DNA of 64,000 bases from Psilocybe cubensis (Eukaryota), in contig CM039008.1 of the NCBI GenBank assembly GCA_017499595.2, forward strand, positions 2,790,001 through 2,854,000, written 5' to 3'. The stretch's first letter is position 1. Every line of letters begins with the position of its first letter. The position numbers were made by a program, and so were the translations under genes. Under the pieces are notes generated by a model, which worked only from the letters and a program-made list of their open reading frames with translations, made no database searches and was not told the origin of the DNA. Shown here piece by piece: positions 37,986 through 51,988 of the stretch.

Positions 37986-38891
37986 TTACTCAGTGTCACT
38001 TTTTCTTGTCGCCACTAATTCGATCATGCAATTGAAGTTGATGGGATATAGATCGTGATGCAATAGTAGCTATTAAATTCACTCATCAGGAATCTATCTT
38101 GACGGCCAATGTGTACTCTTGAATTTATGACTTTTTTTTTAAAAAAAAAATACCGGAGAAAACGAGAAAACAGCTTCTGGCTAACTCAAGGCCACCTCCC
38201 CTATTTTTGTATCATTACATAATTGTTCTTGTTTGAACTCCGCACATGACCCTCTTCCATTTTTGGATGTGTCGGGAAAACCCGGCTTGCTTATGTACGA
38301 TAAATGACGGCCACCAGGCCACTACCAACGGTTTCTTCAAGCTTCCAGGTTTCTATCCTTCTTTCTCAGTGTATAAATGTGTGTAACGGACATGCTAAAG
38401 CAAACTCTCTGGCCAAATATTTATAATACGTAAATCGCTCATCTGGCAGCTAACCTCGTTAAGAGACAGGTTGAAATATTTGATTTACCCGTCTCTTCAA
38501 CTGGGGCAACTGTAATTCAACTCGTCCTCAAGCTTCAGGTGCTAGAATTTAGTCCAGATGTGTAATGGCGGGGTGAACTACACAGTATAAGCTGTAAACG
38601 ACAGTCTGAGAGAGGGAGTAGAGAAAGGTACGTGCCAATTTCAACAATACGTCAGGCCCTCCAAATGGTAATCTCACAACAATTCCCAGCACCCGTCTCC
38701 TTGTACCCCTCCGACTTCTTTACGTGCTACAATTCATGTTCGACTTTCTATTCTGGCTCCGCTCAGTTCCTTTTGGGTGTGTCCATGCATACTGAAAGTA
38801 AATAAGTGCTACTGGAACCAGTTGAGCTCTTTTCGAGTCCCGTTTTTTGCAGAGCTCTGGTGGATATTTGTACTGCCTAATTTCCTGCACA

Positions 38892-41800
38892 ATGTACACC
38901 AGCAAATTGGTGGCAATTTTTATTCTCATCACATGGCTGCTATTCAAGCTGTCGCGAATTGGCAAACGCGCTGCAAACTTACCACCTGGTCCACCTACTG
39001 TTCCATTGCTCGGAAATATCCATCTCCTACCCACTAGGTTCTCCTTCGTAAAGTATGCAAATTTGTGCAGCTCCTGTGTCCACAAGTTTCTAACTGTGAG
39101 CGTCCAAGGTTCACTGAATGGGCAAAGGAGTACGGGGGAATCATGTCGGTACGCCACTGCCAATGATTATGGACGCAAGAATTCAGGTCACTCATGAAAC
39201 ACAATTTTAGCTCAAAGTGGCGAGTGGAACCATTATTGTGCTCTCCGACATGCAAAGCGTTAAGGACATTCTGGATGATCGAAGTAGTGAAACAGCTTTT
39301 CGCCCCTCTCTACACGCCGCAGATGTTGTAACAGAAAAAAAGTACATTCCTTTGGCCAATCCAGGTGTGTAAATTAGACTCTTTAGTGATATAATATATA
39401 TCAACTTATCCACAAAGATAACCATGTTTGGAGAATGGGTCGTCGTGCGATTCAGCCCCTGGTGTCCCATCAAGCAGTTCAGGAATATCTTCCGGTCGCC
39501 GAACTGGAGACCACTCAACTTCTGCACGACATTATACATAATCCTGATGTATGTACCGCAAGGTGATTCAGATGTCCATGTTCCGCAATCTCATAGCAAT
39601 GATGTAGGGACTTTGTCATCATATTTCTCGCTACACATTCTCGTTCATTGCTTCCGTTGTCTTTGGAAAAGCTGCACCAACATCCGATTCTCCAGAACTT
39701 GCACATTTCAACAATTATATGCGTCACCAATCAAGTACAGTATCGCCGGAAGCCGCACCAGTTGATCTCATCCCAATTTTGAAATATGTTCCCGAACGAT
39801 GGGCACCCTGGAAACAGCTTTGGACGGAAACAAGAAGACTACAAAGGTCTCTGTACTACTCATTCTTGGAACAGTCCGAGAGACGAATCGAAAGCGGTGC
39901 TAAAAGTGGCGCATTCATCGAGAGAATCATGGACCGTCAAGAAGAACTCAAATTAACTAGGGAGATGGTTGCGTAAGCTCTCCTAATCAACATGATATAC
40001 AAGTGGATCACTGACAAAGAATCCACCGTTATAGCTACATCGGAGGCATTTTGATTGATGGAGGAGCCGATACCTCTGCATTATGGCTGTCCGTTTGCAC
40101 ATTTAATACCAATCATTAATCTTTTTGTCCCATACATATAAAGGACATTTTTACACAATGCCGATTATATATATTGGTGTCCCGATCATAGAGAACTAGC
40201 TTCCGAAGATAGAGGAAATCATCCCAATCATTGTATTTACAGGACCTTCAGCTTTAATGAAAGGTACGGACATATATGCATCTATCCCCTACATAGGAAA
40301 TCTTATACCATACTTTGAAACCACCTCCCCATATATCTAACATTTTTTCCGAAGATATAGAGTCGTTGAGATGACCATCGTGCGTGCCGTCACTGCCGAA
40401 TCCGTGTGGGAATTATGTTGGTACCCCGCTTTGGGGTGGATAGCTACTCGTGGAGCAGCTAGGCGAGTGTTTTAAGTTCACAATATGGATTTAAAATTTC
40501 ACGATTGACAAAAAAAACACCAAACCTGTGCGTATAGCTGACACTGAATAGATTGACTACCTATAACCTCATTTTCAGGTGTATTTAACCTTAACCAAGC
40601 TTAACACATCCGCTACTAGCTGTCATCACAGCGCTTGGCTCAGAAAAAACACGAAATAATGCTGTATTCAGCTTACATTGTAGCATTTACAATCGGTTAG
40701 TATTTGAAACTTTGTCAGTGCTTACTCTGCCAGTGTCAAGGTGAAAAAACAGCAATGTGCTGTGATTCGTCTGGCTGATTGCCGATATTTGCCGAATTCG
40801 CACGAAGGCAAGCTTGCCTCGGCATAAAAAATGCCGAAAATCGCCTGTATATCTTCGGGACGACGACAGGTAAAATCTAAGATTGCCGGAACCAGTAGAT
40901 ATATGTGGGGGAGCAAAAAATGTATGAAAGGGTATGAGTTTTCTATGTAAGGGATTCTAATATATATATGTGGGCTCCAAAACTATATGTATGGTACTCA
41001 AAGTTGTACCTAAGGTTACAATATACAAATGTGTGGATATGGGATCTTTATGATTGGAAGCCATTTTTCTATCTTCGGACACCATAAGATATACTTATTG
41101 GAAGACTTAGTCCAAGGCTTCTAAGTATGGGACATAAAGATTAATGATTGGTATTAAATGTGCAAACGGACAGCCATACTGCATCACTTCTACAATCTAT
41201 GATTCTTTGTCTTATCAGGTCCCCATCAACCTTACGCAGAGCCCAGCAAGAAATTGATGATGCCGTGGGGCCCACAAGACTTCCCGTTGCTAGCGACATA
41301 CCTTCGGTGCCGTACATTCAAGCACTCATCAAAGAGGTTCGCGGCAGTTAACAAACTCTGCTATTGGGCTAGTTGAGAATCGAGATATCTAAATCTGCAG
41401 GTACATCGCGTGAGGCCAGCTGCCCCAACTGGTATCCCCCACTCAACTAATGAAGATTTTGAAGTACGTAGAATTTTCGATATCTTGCTTGATCAAGGCT
41501 AACGATATTCAGTACCGTGGATACCTTATTCCTAAGGGTGCACCAATTATTATCAATGTTTGTGAGTGACCAAGTGTTCCATTGTTATTTGCTGACTACG
41601 CATCACCAGGGGGGATAATGCATGATCCAGGCAGGTTCATGATTTAATAGCAATACTATACACCTACTGAACACATTTTGTAGAATCATTCGAAAGACCG
41701 CATGAGTTTTGGCCTGAGAGGTACCTACTCACTCCTGACGGTACCAAACCAGGTCTCAAAGAACATTGTACCATACGATCAAGTCTTCCCTTTGGTAGTG

Positions 41801-42225
41801 GAAAGGTAAAGTTTGTCCATCTACTTGCGGTGTTTCTTGTGTTCTTAGAACACACCCAAGCGACTTTGCCCAGGAATGCATCTGGCCACAACAAATTTGG
41901 TATGTCTGGGGCGGACTCATTGCTCCGCTGTTTCTAATCCAACTGCGATTTACAGACTGTTGCTGCCATGCGCCTTCTTTGGGCCTTCGATTTTGCTTCG
42001 ATAGACCGATCAAAACACACGGAGCCATGGATCATGGAGGAAGAATATGTTGATGTAATACTTTTTACGGACTTTAACGACTATTGCGTTCATATTTACT
42101 GATGAATACTGTTATAGGGCTTGACATTTACACCGAAGATTTTTAAGTGCAACGTCGGCCCCCGGGACAAGGAAAGGGTCTCGCTTATTGAAGAACTGTA
42201 TCAACGAGGCTCACTTGATAAATAA
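38892..42225 (+). pseudogene. Cytochrome P450 copy 6, disrupted by a TIR element in the I-helix exon
   Basis: MYTSKLVAIF, LPPGPP, DGGADTS|ASLLQ split by a 1.1-kb insertion, KEVHR, PERY, FGSGKRLCPG. Stop 42223-42225. Confidence 0.87.
40082..41178. mobile_element. Non-autonomous TIR element, IS3EU-like
   Basis: ~54-bp TIR TATGGCTGTCCGTTTGCACATTTAATACCAATCATTAATCTTT...; perfect 6-bp TSD CTGCAT (40076-40081 and 41179-41184). TAY..RTA termini with a 6-bp TSD fit the IS3EU superfamily. Confidence 0.88.
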
Positions 42226-42675
42226 ATGAACCCTGCGAAATTGTGTGTATTCTCGCAAACTTTGTATTCGTTGTTACGGACGCGCTAGTCTCGGCCTCCC
42301 ATCCTCTTTGCATCTAGTGTTGAAGGTTTGATGCGATTTTTCAAACAAGGTGATCATCGATACTAGTCTCATTTGAAATGAATACTACTACTCCAAATTT
42401 TTCAAAATGCGTTTAACTGTTGCATTGGTGAACTGCAAGCGTTGTCGTTCACTCATTGACTCCTTCGAACTCCAGTTTAATGACAATTTCCCGAAAATTT
42501 CCGGGATATCCCTAATTACCCCGCGACATTTATCATTTTATATCCGCTTTTCTGTTGTCGGCACTCAGTGTGAATGTGCTGGCCATTCAACTCAAACATG
42601 GAAGGTATGTTCATTAACTCATTTCATAGTATATTTATGCATCTAATAAAATATCTTCATCGTACTTGGTATCTG

Positions 42676-43875
42676 TCATTGGTCATTCTCGTACGTCGAT
42701 GACGTTCTTCCGCTCGAGAAATGGTCTGTTGTATGTACATCCCCGGAACCGGCGGTGTCAGAAGGGAGGAAATCCATAACGGCCGAGAGGAATGCTCTAT
42801 TTCTCTCACAGTCCTTGTCGCGCTCGACACGCCTCTGTGACGTGCGTATTACGATAAGGTTAAATGTGCATCCAACTGCTGGGAGATTCTGTGACGACAT
42901 CAGTATAAGCGCTGCGTATGGTTTGTGCATTCATTTTATAGACTCACTGTCCATGCAAGTATCAGAATAGCTGTTGAGCTGGGCGTCCACCAGACGATGA
43001 AATGAGGGATCGTAATAAGAAGGTATAATGCTCCGGATTCGACTAAAACACGCATGACAAAACGAAGATCGCGAGTCGAGGACGACATTGCGGTGGAGAA
43101 TCTTTTCTGACCCTGAACATGCCTCCATATGCGGTGTAATATGACTCCTTGCAATAACAATTAAGCATTGATTTTCGTGCGTAACATAATACTTATTTCT
43201 CACCTGTTGAATACACATTTACCGCTATTGAGCAGCCCCAGAATGGGGTGAGAATCGTCCCGGGTCCTACTGTCATGTTTATTGGCGTCCACGCTTTGTG
43301 TATCTCTGCGCTCTGGACAATTTGCCAGTATATCTGAAGCACTGTGCAAGCCGCCCCGCCAATCCAAAGTACAATGGGTGAAATGACCATCTTATACGCC
43401 CTTTCACAGACCTGCCAACATCGGAATATCTGTAGAAGTCTCAGAAATTGCTGATATTTCTGATAGAGAGGCTGCACATACCAAAAAACCATCCACTGTC
43501 AAGACGGCCATATTTGTCACCGTACACTACACGTATTATCAATATATATATTGATAGAGCTAGGACCTTGCTTTAACTTACCATAACGACGGATGTCCAC
43601 GGAACAGTTACACTCTCAACGACAGTCCCTCTCTCCAAGTCGCGTACTTTTAAATAGGTTGTGGAAACTGCCAATGAGGTATGAATTGAGGAGGCTGCAA
43701 ATATCGCCAGTGTAGCCAAGAGAAGTCCTTTCTCAATATGTTTGCGAATTTTCCATCCCTCATCGGTGTATACCAGCCATCGAAGACAACTGGATAAGGA
43801 GCATAGGTACACTCCAGTAGCAATAGCTGCAATACATAGGGCCAATATCCTGTCCGTGCTTGAAGATGTCGGCAT
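42676..43875 (-). CDS. Multi-pass (7TM-like) basidiomycete membrane protein
   Basis: Successive hydrophobic exons with IFRCWQV, PIVLW, SIAVNVYST, VMRVLVESGALY and TFNLIVIR motifs typical of this expanded agaricomycete family. Confidence 0.75.
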
Positions 43876-46800
43876 TGGAAACTGGGGAACGAGGTTCGTA
43901 TGAAGGCTATCTGTACAAAAATCTATGCTTATATCGCTAGATCATCTTTGTATATGATCGACGTGTTGTGATCAACTTGCGATAGCTTCCGTCCCCTCAA
44001 CCAAGTTACACGGCTGCCAACCAGGGCGCGGTGTGATATATCCTACTTATAACGTATACGAGCTCCGAGGAGCCGGTTCATACTGGTTCCTGACATGAGA
44101 GTTTTTTGGTATGCGACAGACTGTGTGATAAAATGCGGTGCGTTAGAATCCTTCGTCAACTAGTAGGTCAAGAACGACATCCAGCTCGTGTGACACTATG
44201 CTAGGATGGGAATAGAGTTAAATAAAATTCGAATGCAACATTTTTCTGTGTTTCTGAATTCAAGCTAATATGATTATAAACGGACATCCAGATTAAGAAC
44301 GTTGGATCCCCCACAGTTTGAAATGTCCATAGCCAGCGTAAATGAATCCTGACGGGGTGATCATCATTCAACTTTGAAATCGGGACGGGGACTGTAGGAA
44401 ACTGTGATTGATAGCTTATCCAAAGTACTAGCCAGTAGCTACTGGGTCGTCCTTCAACTCGGGAAAGAGGCGAGAATAGTTCCTTAGGTGAATGCGCAGT
44501 CGGTTTTGTGATATTGCGATATCGGAGTTAGGTAGTAAGTCTTTAATTATTCGCCTCAAGTCTCTCCAAAATACCAACTTTATATATCGGTATACCTGTT
44601 TCTTATATCGTTTCCAAATGTGTGATTACCATTCAAGTAAGTTTTATGACAATTTCTATGGTGATGTAGAATCTAATGGACAAATGAACAGATACCCATG
44701 TGATAAATTAACTTCTCAAAGGAAAGGCTGTAAATCCTTGAACGATAGTTACTCCTGGATAATTCCCAGGTTGCATCCTAGACTAAGGGCCCCAACATCA
44801 CCTGCTAATTATATTCATCACTTGCTAAATTCAATCTTCTGCTAGTGAGGCACCATGATGATCTCTTCCAAACATTGGAATCAAATTTAGCTGAAGGTTG
44901 CGCAACTAATGTTGATACATAGGAGAAATTTGAGAGTCAAAATTAGCTTAACGGCTATAACTAGCATTTTCTTCGACATTATGTAGTATATGTTTTACCA
45001 GACTATAAGCAACAACTGCCTATTCCATTAGATCGATAACTAGGCTTGCCACGAGAAGAACTCCATTTCTTGACATTGGGAATGTGATCCTTGAGTGATC
45101 ATCCCCATTCTTGCGAGCCTCCATGATGTCATCTATATCCTTCTTGAGCGATATTTTCTGGATGACCTGTTCAATGGGCGGCGCGACCCGTGAGTGACCT
45201 AAATAACTTGAGTAACAATGTTCAGTTGGTTTCATATTGATTGATGGCCTTCTCCCATCACGTATTCAAGTCTGCACACTATCGCACAGAGCTGGTAAAT
45301 TTCAATCGAGATGGTTGCATAAGCTAAGAGCAGGAAATCTCTTCCAAAATTATATCTCAATCAACGAAAATTTGCAGATCATAACAAAATGTCAATTTAG
45401 ATAATGATTTTATTCATTTGTCGAAGTAGAAGATCTGGGAGTCAGAAGTGACCGGTAGATAGCAACACCCCCCGTGGTTAATCATTGTGCGATACGGACG
45501 ATATAGCAATAGCAGCTGGATTTCGTATGACCCAAACATTGAGGTTCTAAATGGAATGTTAAGTGCAACGGAAGTGCAGTGCAGTCCATGCAAGTAGTCA
45601 GCGCCCCCAAGCCATGAGTTCACATAAAGTCGAGGAGTTAATTATCCTTCTCTGCTGTGCTTAATCATGATTTTGCTCATAATTCGCTGACTCTTTTCCA
45701 TCAGAAAAATAGCTTGCCACGTTATCGAAAGCTCAAATTTATGGTCTCAAAAAAGAGACCAAAAAAGCCTCTCAAGTGCTCATACAATGGGTTTAAAGTC
45801 ACCAAACATCCTTTCCACAGCGCTAGCAAAGCTTTTGGAGGCGAGACGTCCAGTTAGTATATTAAATTATACTCATATTTGTTTTATAGTTGGATGGTGG
45901 TTGGATGTTCGTGCATTCTGGTATCAAATCAGTCCACTGTAATCGCGCGGACCTGGATCCTGGAATCATTGTCTAACGAACTTGAAAAGACTTTCTTACT
46001 GTATCGAGTACGAGGGTGAACCGGGATTGTCTTGATCCGAATTCTAATCTCCGCCCAAATCTGCGAATTTGCACTGTCACGGTGTCACCATCAACAACGT
46101 TGAAATGCCTTGACTTGACTTCCATCCTCAAACCCTATGACCTACCAAAGGCTCGAGCTTGAAGACGATGGCATGTCATACGATCAATTTAGCACTTGTC
46201 TCGAAACCGGGGTGGATGTAAACTGACTGACTCCGTGCAGCCTGTCGATGGAGAAGGTCGATGGTGGCCTGCGGTGTGGTTGGTCGAGGTATGCGGCATG
46301 ATGCCATTTTTCGCTCTACAAGTCTGGGCTGATTGAATGGTGTATGTGTGTCATTTTTCCTCCCAGACGGCTTGGTCATTTCTCCACAAACGTTGTTGTG
46401 CCGCTCTTGTGATACTGCGCTCTGTTACCATCTCTTCCGTAACTGTACCAACATGCCCAACTTCACTTGGAAATCCATTCACATTCCACCAGCCCAACTG
46501 TGAGCCGATGCGCTCGCTATCCTCTTCCCCGCTCCGCCAGAGCACAGGTACAAAATCGATAGCATGGAACTTGACACATGGGGTACGCAACTCTTTCACA
46601 TCCTCATCCGCGTCCATACTCACACATGCAAATTGTACTGCACATAACAGACTCATTACAGAGTACCCAGGTGTACGCTCCCGTATGAACTACTCCCATG
46701 CGCGAGGCACCGCACCGCACGCACTGCTCGAGCCGCTCCGCTACCACCATTCCATCCCCGCTCGGCCCCATACGCTGTCCCCATCAACGTTGGTTTTTCT

Positions 46801-48606
46801 ATCGATAGCAATGGAAATTCGAAAAGGCACCAGTCTTTCTTTCATGAGCTCTTGGTTGTGCTTCTTGCTCAATGATGCTATAGATGTAGGATATGGCGTT
46901 AGTAGTGTTCTTTTGTCTGCCCAAGTGCGTTATTTTTCTTTTTGTTTCGGACGAGTTGAGCGCGCGCATATATCGTACTGATCGACACTTTTTGCTTCGT
47001 ATTCGTCCACTGTCTTGATTAGTTCTTGCCTCGCTCGATTCCGAGGTGTCGACTCATTTGGTTCACCCTTCCCCCCTCTCCTTCGCACTATGCCTCACAT
47101 CACTTTTTGACAGCAAAAACAACACATTTCAAACCTCTGTCCACGGGATTAATTGGGGCATCGTCGTTTTTAGGCAAGGTGCTTTGTTACTGTCCTTTTT
47201 ATTTTCGTTTGCGACTAGCGACGGGCGACGCACGTTGAGTGAGCTCGTATACCTTTTAATTCAGGGAACCCGCGCGCGTCCGAATGCCAAAATAGTGTCA
47301 TTGACACTTTCTGTGCCGTGTTCTCGTACTGGGTCTTGATCCATTTTGCCTTGCTTGCTGCGCCAGTTCAACTCATCCACTCTCTCACTTCAGCGTCACC
47401 CAATAGTTCAGATATAGTTTCCACAGGGTGACAATGCATGGGAGATGGAAATATGTGCGGAAGGTATCGCGCAAGAACCTTGGTTTGTCCTATAGACAAT
47501 ACTTCCCCTTGATTCCGTGTACGTTGCATACCACCCATTTTTATCCGATCGACCCATTGCACGTCACTTGCTCTAGTTTTTCGTATATCACCCACAGCCT
47601 CACCTCCACTACACCCCGAATGATGCCATATTTGGCTCCGTTCGATATAGTGTGCAGCGTCTAGCTCTGTGATCTTGGATCTTGTGACGAAGGAGGCGTG
47701 TGGATCCGTTGACGGCCCTGGCTGTGTTCGGATTGTTGTGACGGCATATACGTCCTTTTCGAGCGCATATGCCTGGCCGGTTGAAGCTTGCAAGCTGTTT
47801 TCTCGGTCGGATGTATTCCATAGCCTTGAAGATCTGCAATGCACACTCTGGTCTATTGTTCTTTGCGTTGTTGGACAATCAAACTCTTCTAGATGGCATA
47901 CGCTGGTCCGTCGCCAATTCAAATGTTCCCATCCAACACGTCTTGCTGCCCGGTAGCGTTCTCATTCCCACCCGTACGCCCGCCCATCGCCCCGCTTTCA
48001 ATGACTGTCTCCTCCGCACAAAAGCCATTGAACGTTAAGCTGGTTGAATATGGTAGTTGTTGGACTTTGATTATTGAAATGTAGTCGTCAATATAATGTC
48101 AAGGAGGTGGTTTGAATTGCCTGTTTGTCGAGTACACATATATTGAATGGCCATGTCTTCGATGTGGGGTTATCAATGTGGTTTCATGCAGACGAATCAA
48201 TGAGATGGATAAGACAGTATAGCTTTTCGAATCTTGACAATGGATACGGGCGTGGGTATGCTATGGATAGTGACAGAAATAATGACCTTTCGGCCGCTTT
48301 GCGTGTGGATGAAGCTTGAATCACGTCCACAGACTTGAAGCTTGAAGCTTGAAGCTTGAAGGCTTGCTGAACCTCACCCATCCGCGGAATTTTCAAACCG
48401 CGCGCGTACCAACCATACTCAAAACGTTTTGCATCGTCTGTATGTTGTCTTTACATCTCATATAGTCTATTCTTCGATTATCAATTGTAATTGGACTATC
48501 TACTTCCTATATATACGAATATAGCTTAGGTTGGCGAGTTGAGCGTTTTAGGTGCCCGCTTTGTACATACCACCCGATGTAGGTGCATTCGAGCGGTTTT
48601 TGTGTG

Positions 48607-49213
48607 CTATGACAGTGTAATATGGTTAGTTAGTTGTGGTGTTAATGAGTTTGTGTGCTTACTTCCCGCTTTGCCGGTACATACCCGTGTACCTTTTTGC
48701 GATACTTCAGCATAGGATGTGGATGGTACAGCGCGTGCGCTAGGTGCCCGTTTTGCCGGTACATACCCGTGTACCTTTTTGCGATGCTTCAGCATATTTG
48801 CTGTGTTGCTCTGTGGTGAATTACAACCACTATATTGACATATGAGTGGTTTTTTTGTGCTGTGATGTGTGAGATGGTTAGTAATTAGGTGTGGTAATAA
48901 TGACAGTGTGTATGCTTACTGTTTTCGGTTGTGCTCTACAAGCCCGTAGCTTGTATTAGATGTGAAAGGGCACAATCGGCACTTGAATGGCCTGTCTCTG
49001 GGAAGCAAAAAGGTGAGTATTGTTAAAAAGGTGAAGCGGAGGAGAGAAAGTTGGTTAATTCACCTTATGGGAGACTATATGCCTCGCTAAATCACCTTGC
49101 TTGCTCACTGTAATGCTGCAAACGGTGCAGGGGGTGCTTCGGGCGGCCTACAGGGTGCCAGAATGAGTCCCGACGATAAACAAGGCGGAAAACGAGGAGG
49201 CACTCACGGACAT
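48607..49213 (-). pseudogene. C2H2 zinc-finger TF paralog, truncated
   Basis: Near copy of the 5' part of 53853-55003 (CTVC..DLARH, CRLCPF, CQYSGC..KHRKKVH). The intron-2 donor appears lost (reads KVN-stop), KxRKKVHGYVPAKR is internally re-duplicated, and there is no Ser-rich tail. Confidence 0.72.
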
Positions 49214-50362
49214 AATAGAAAGCCTTTGTTCCTTGCCATATCCGACTCCCTTCATCATCTTGCTCCACATGATACACGGGGTAGAGGTCGCAGACTAAAC
49301 GAAGCCAAAGAAACACGAACACAATTAGTCTGGTAGGTGCTAAGTAACACGGGAAATGAGAGGATAGTACTGTTTGTCGTCACCGAGTGGCTGACATTAT
49401 TGGTGGACTCCTTCGGTCCCATCCAAAGTGTGTAGTGTAGCAATAGACAGATAATAATACAGAACACTGCAAGGTCTCCATGATTGACCGGTGGTGGCTT
49501 GCTTCATAGAAATGCGGTACATGTATAGAGAGCATTACGAATAAGCGGTAGGACACGGAACATTACGACTCTTATCCTTTATAAGCTTCGATGGTCTTCG
49601 ACTATCAGATCCTCTGAATTCACACAGCTCAGTGATTACTACACTATCACCGTGACATCTATAAAACCTCCTCATTGTTTGTGCCACATGCAACCCAACT
49701 GCTACATTTCCTGTACTCCACGTATTTGTACCGGGGCAGAGCAATCGGCCTTTGTTAGTACTAACATGTACCGCATGGGTTTCCCAGGCCTCTCAGGATT
49801 TCGACCGACGAATCGAATAAACTATCAAGTGATTATTGGAATTACAAGAACATTGACATGCATTTCAAAGAGAGAAGGGAATTATGAACTTCGTGAGCTA
49901 CTCGGATAACGTGTCAATCAAAGGTAGAATGAAATCTACTATCACTGCCGTTGCGCCCAAGTCGGTTGACGCATGTGAACCCGGTGACTGTTCATCCGAA
50001 CCGATCACTTCTGGGTGCGTCGACTCTCGAGGCTAATTGGACGTTGTACTTGGATTCTGTCTACCTCACTTATGGTCCTGTGTATGCTATAGGAATTCAA
50101 AGCTATCAATTGTGAGTGATTAAAATTACGATTGGGATCATACATGATTAATACATGAAATGAGACGAAAAACGATATGAGATATAATAATTATTATCAT
50201 AATGGGTAAGGTGTAATGATGCACAGTCGATTGTGGCGTGCTGTGTGAAGATCGATTGCGTTTTCAGAGGTGCAAAATCGGAGTGTCAATTGCGTAAAGA
50301 AATGCAAAATACGAGCGCGAGGAGCGACGAACCTTGTGATATCCAGACCGCGGTCAGTGTAC

Positions 50363-50827
50363 CTAATATCCGGGATAATGATATGGATAAGGGCTGTGCA
50401 AAAACACCTGTCCTTCCTCCTCACCGTTTCCACCTTCTCGTTCAGGGCCCTCTTCCGCATCACCTTCAAAACGCCTTTGAGACCTCTCCATTCTCATCGG
50501 CGACCGAGTCCGCGAAGCATATGCTGATCTGTGTGGATGCGATGCTGATAGTTTGGGTGCAGGTGTCGTTCGGTTGCGGACGCGAGTTCTTGTGGCAGTG
50601 CTGGTAAATGTAAGAGTGTCGTGCGCACGTTGGATGTATTGCGCGTGTTGGGTGGCAGTCCATCTATCGAGGTCGGTGATGGATGGTAGAGTTATCGAGG
50701 GTGATAATGAGGACGACGACGATGAATATGAGGATGACAATAACAAATGTGAGGACAAATGGTCATTGTAAAAGAGATGCGGCGCAAGAGAGAGAATTGA
50801 TTTACTCGGCTTTATTATGGGAGGCAA
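50363..50827 (-). pseudogene. Diverged C-terminal paralog of the C2H2 TF (no fingers visible)
   Basis: Shares SSSSS..ITLPSITDLDRWTA.Q...RAHD and EEGQVFLHSPYPYHYPGY with the 53853 gene. Confidence 0.55.
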
Positions 50828-51988
50828 TGTGTCTCGCCGTGATTCGTTTCTTATTTATTGTTTTGGATGCGGTACAGCTCAAGGTCTAAAGGAAGTAGCA
50901 AAAGAAACAATCAGTCGTTGAGGAGAAAAAGAACTTTGCAGGAAATGGATGTCAGTACCATCACTCATCATCGAGTTCTGATGCTACCAGTGGCGACGGA
51001 AGTTAACTCCAAAGAGGGTGATGTAGCGATAGACAGATAATATTACAGGATACTGAAAGGTCTCCATGGATGACTTATGGAAACTTTCCCTATTGGAAAT
51101 TGTTATGTGTATAGCAAGCATCATGGGTAGAAGGTAGGAAACAGAATTTGTAGGTGCATTTCTTTATCCGTTTCGATGTCTTTTGACTATCAGATATTTC
51201 CGGGTGGATCCAGCGAGTTGATTACAACACTATCACCTCGACAGCTATAAAACCTCCTCATTGTTCGTGTCATACGCAACCCAACTGCTAACTCGCCCGT
51301 ATTGCACCCGTTTGTACCGGAGTCTGAGGGCAATCGGCTTTGCTAGTACTAATATATACCACGTGTCTCCCAGGCATCTCAGGACTTCGACCAAGAACAT
51401 GGACATTCTGTGAGAGTCGATATATCATTCCATGAAATTTGTACTACGTCTACGTTGACCGCACTGCACAGAATTCTCCCTTTGTATGCGGCTGAACCCG
51501 GACGTCCTTGATCCGAACACTAATCTCCGCCTGAATCGACTACCAGAGGTCTGGAACCGGCTGACTCGGACGCCAAAAAGAAACCCTTTGACTCGCCTTC
51601 CGTCTTCGAATGGTTCAACTTAAACACGACGGCATCTTACACAGTAGAATTTTGATGCGAGGCTAAGCATTTGACATCTCAATAGGTATGGGATGATTTG
51701 GGGGTTATGTTGAGGTGTCAATGGGCAAGGGCAAGGGCGTCTGCGCTGTGTCGGTGGGTCGAGGTAAGTCGCGCGAGATCATTTCTGTGTATGAATGGGC
51801 TAACTGGATGGTGTAGCTATATAGTGTATGCATCTGTGATGGTCTTATTCTAACACTGTACATGTAATAGAAAAATATTTACTGTGAATGACCAAATCTA
51901 AGAATGTGATTATAGAATGGGAAGTGATGCAAAATATGCTATATGATGCGACAAAGGGTATGGAATAATCAAACGTCAAGTCCCTTAA

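Noticed and set aside
44490-45860. Scattered short ORFs, possibly a pseudogene
   Set aside because: No family motif recognised.
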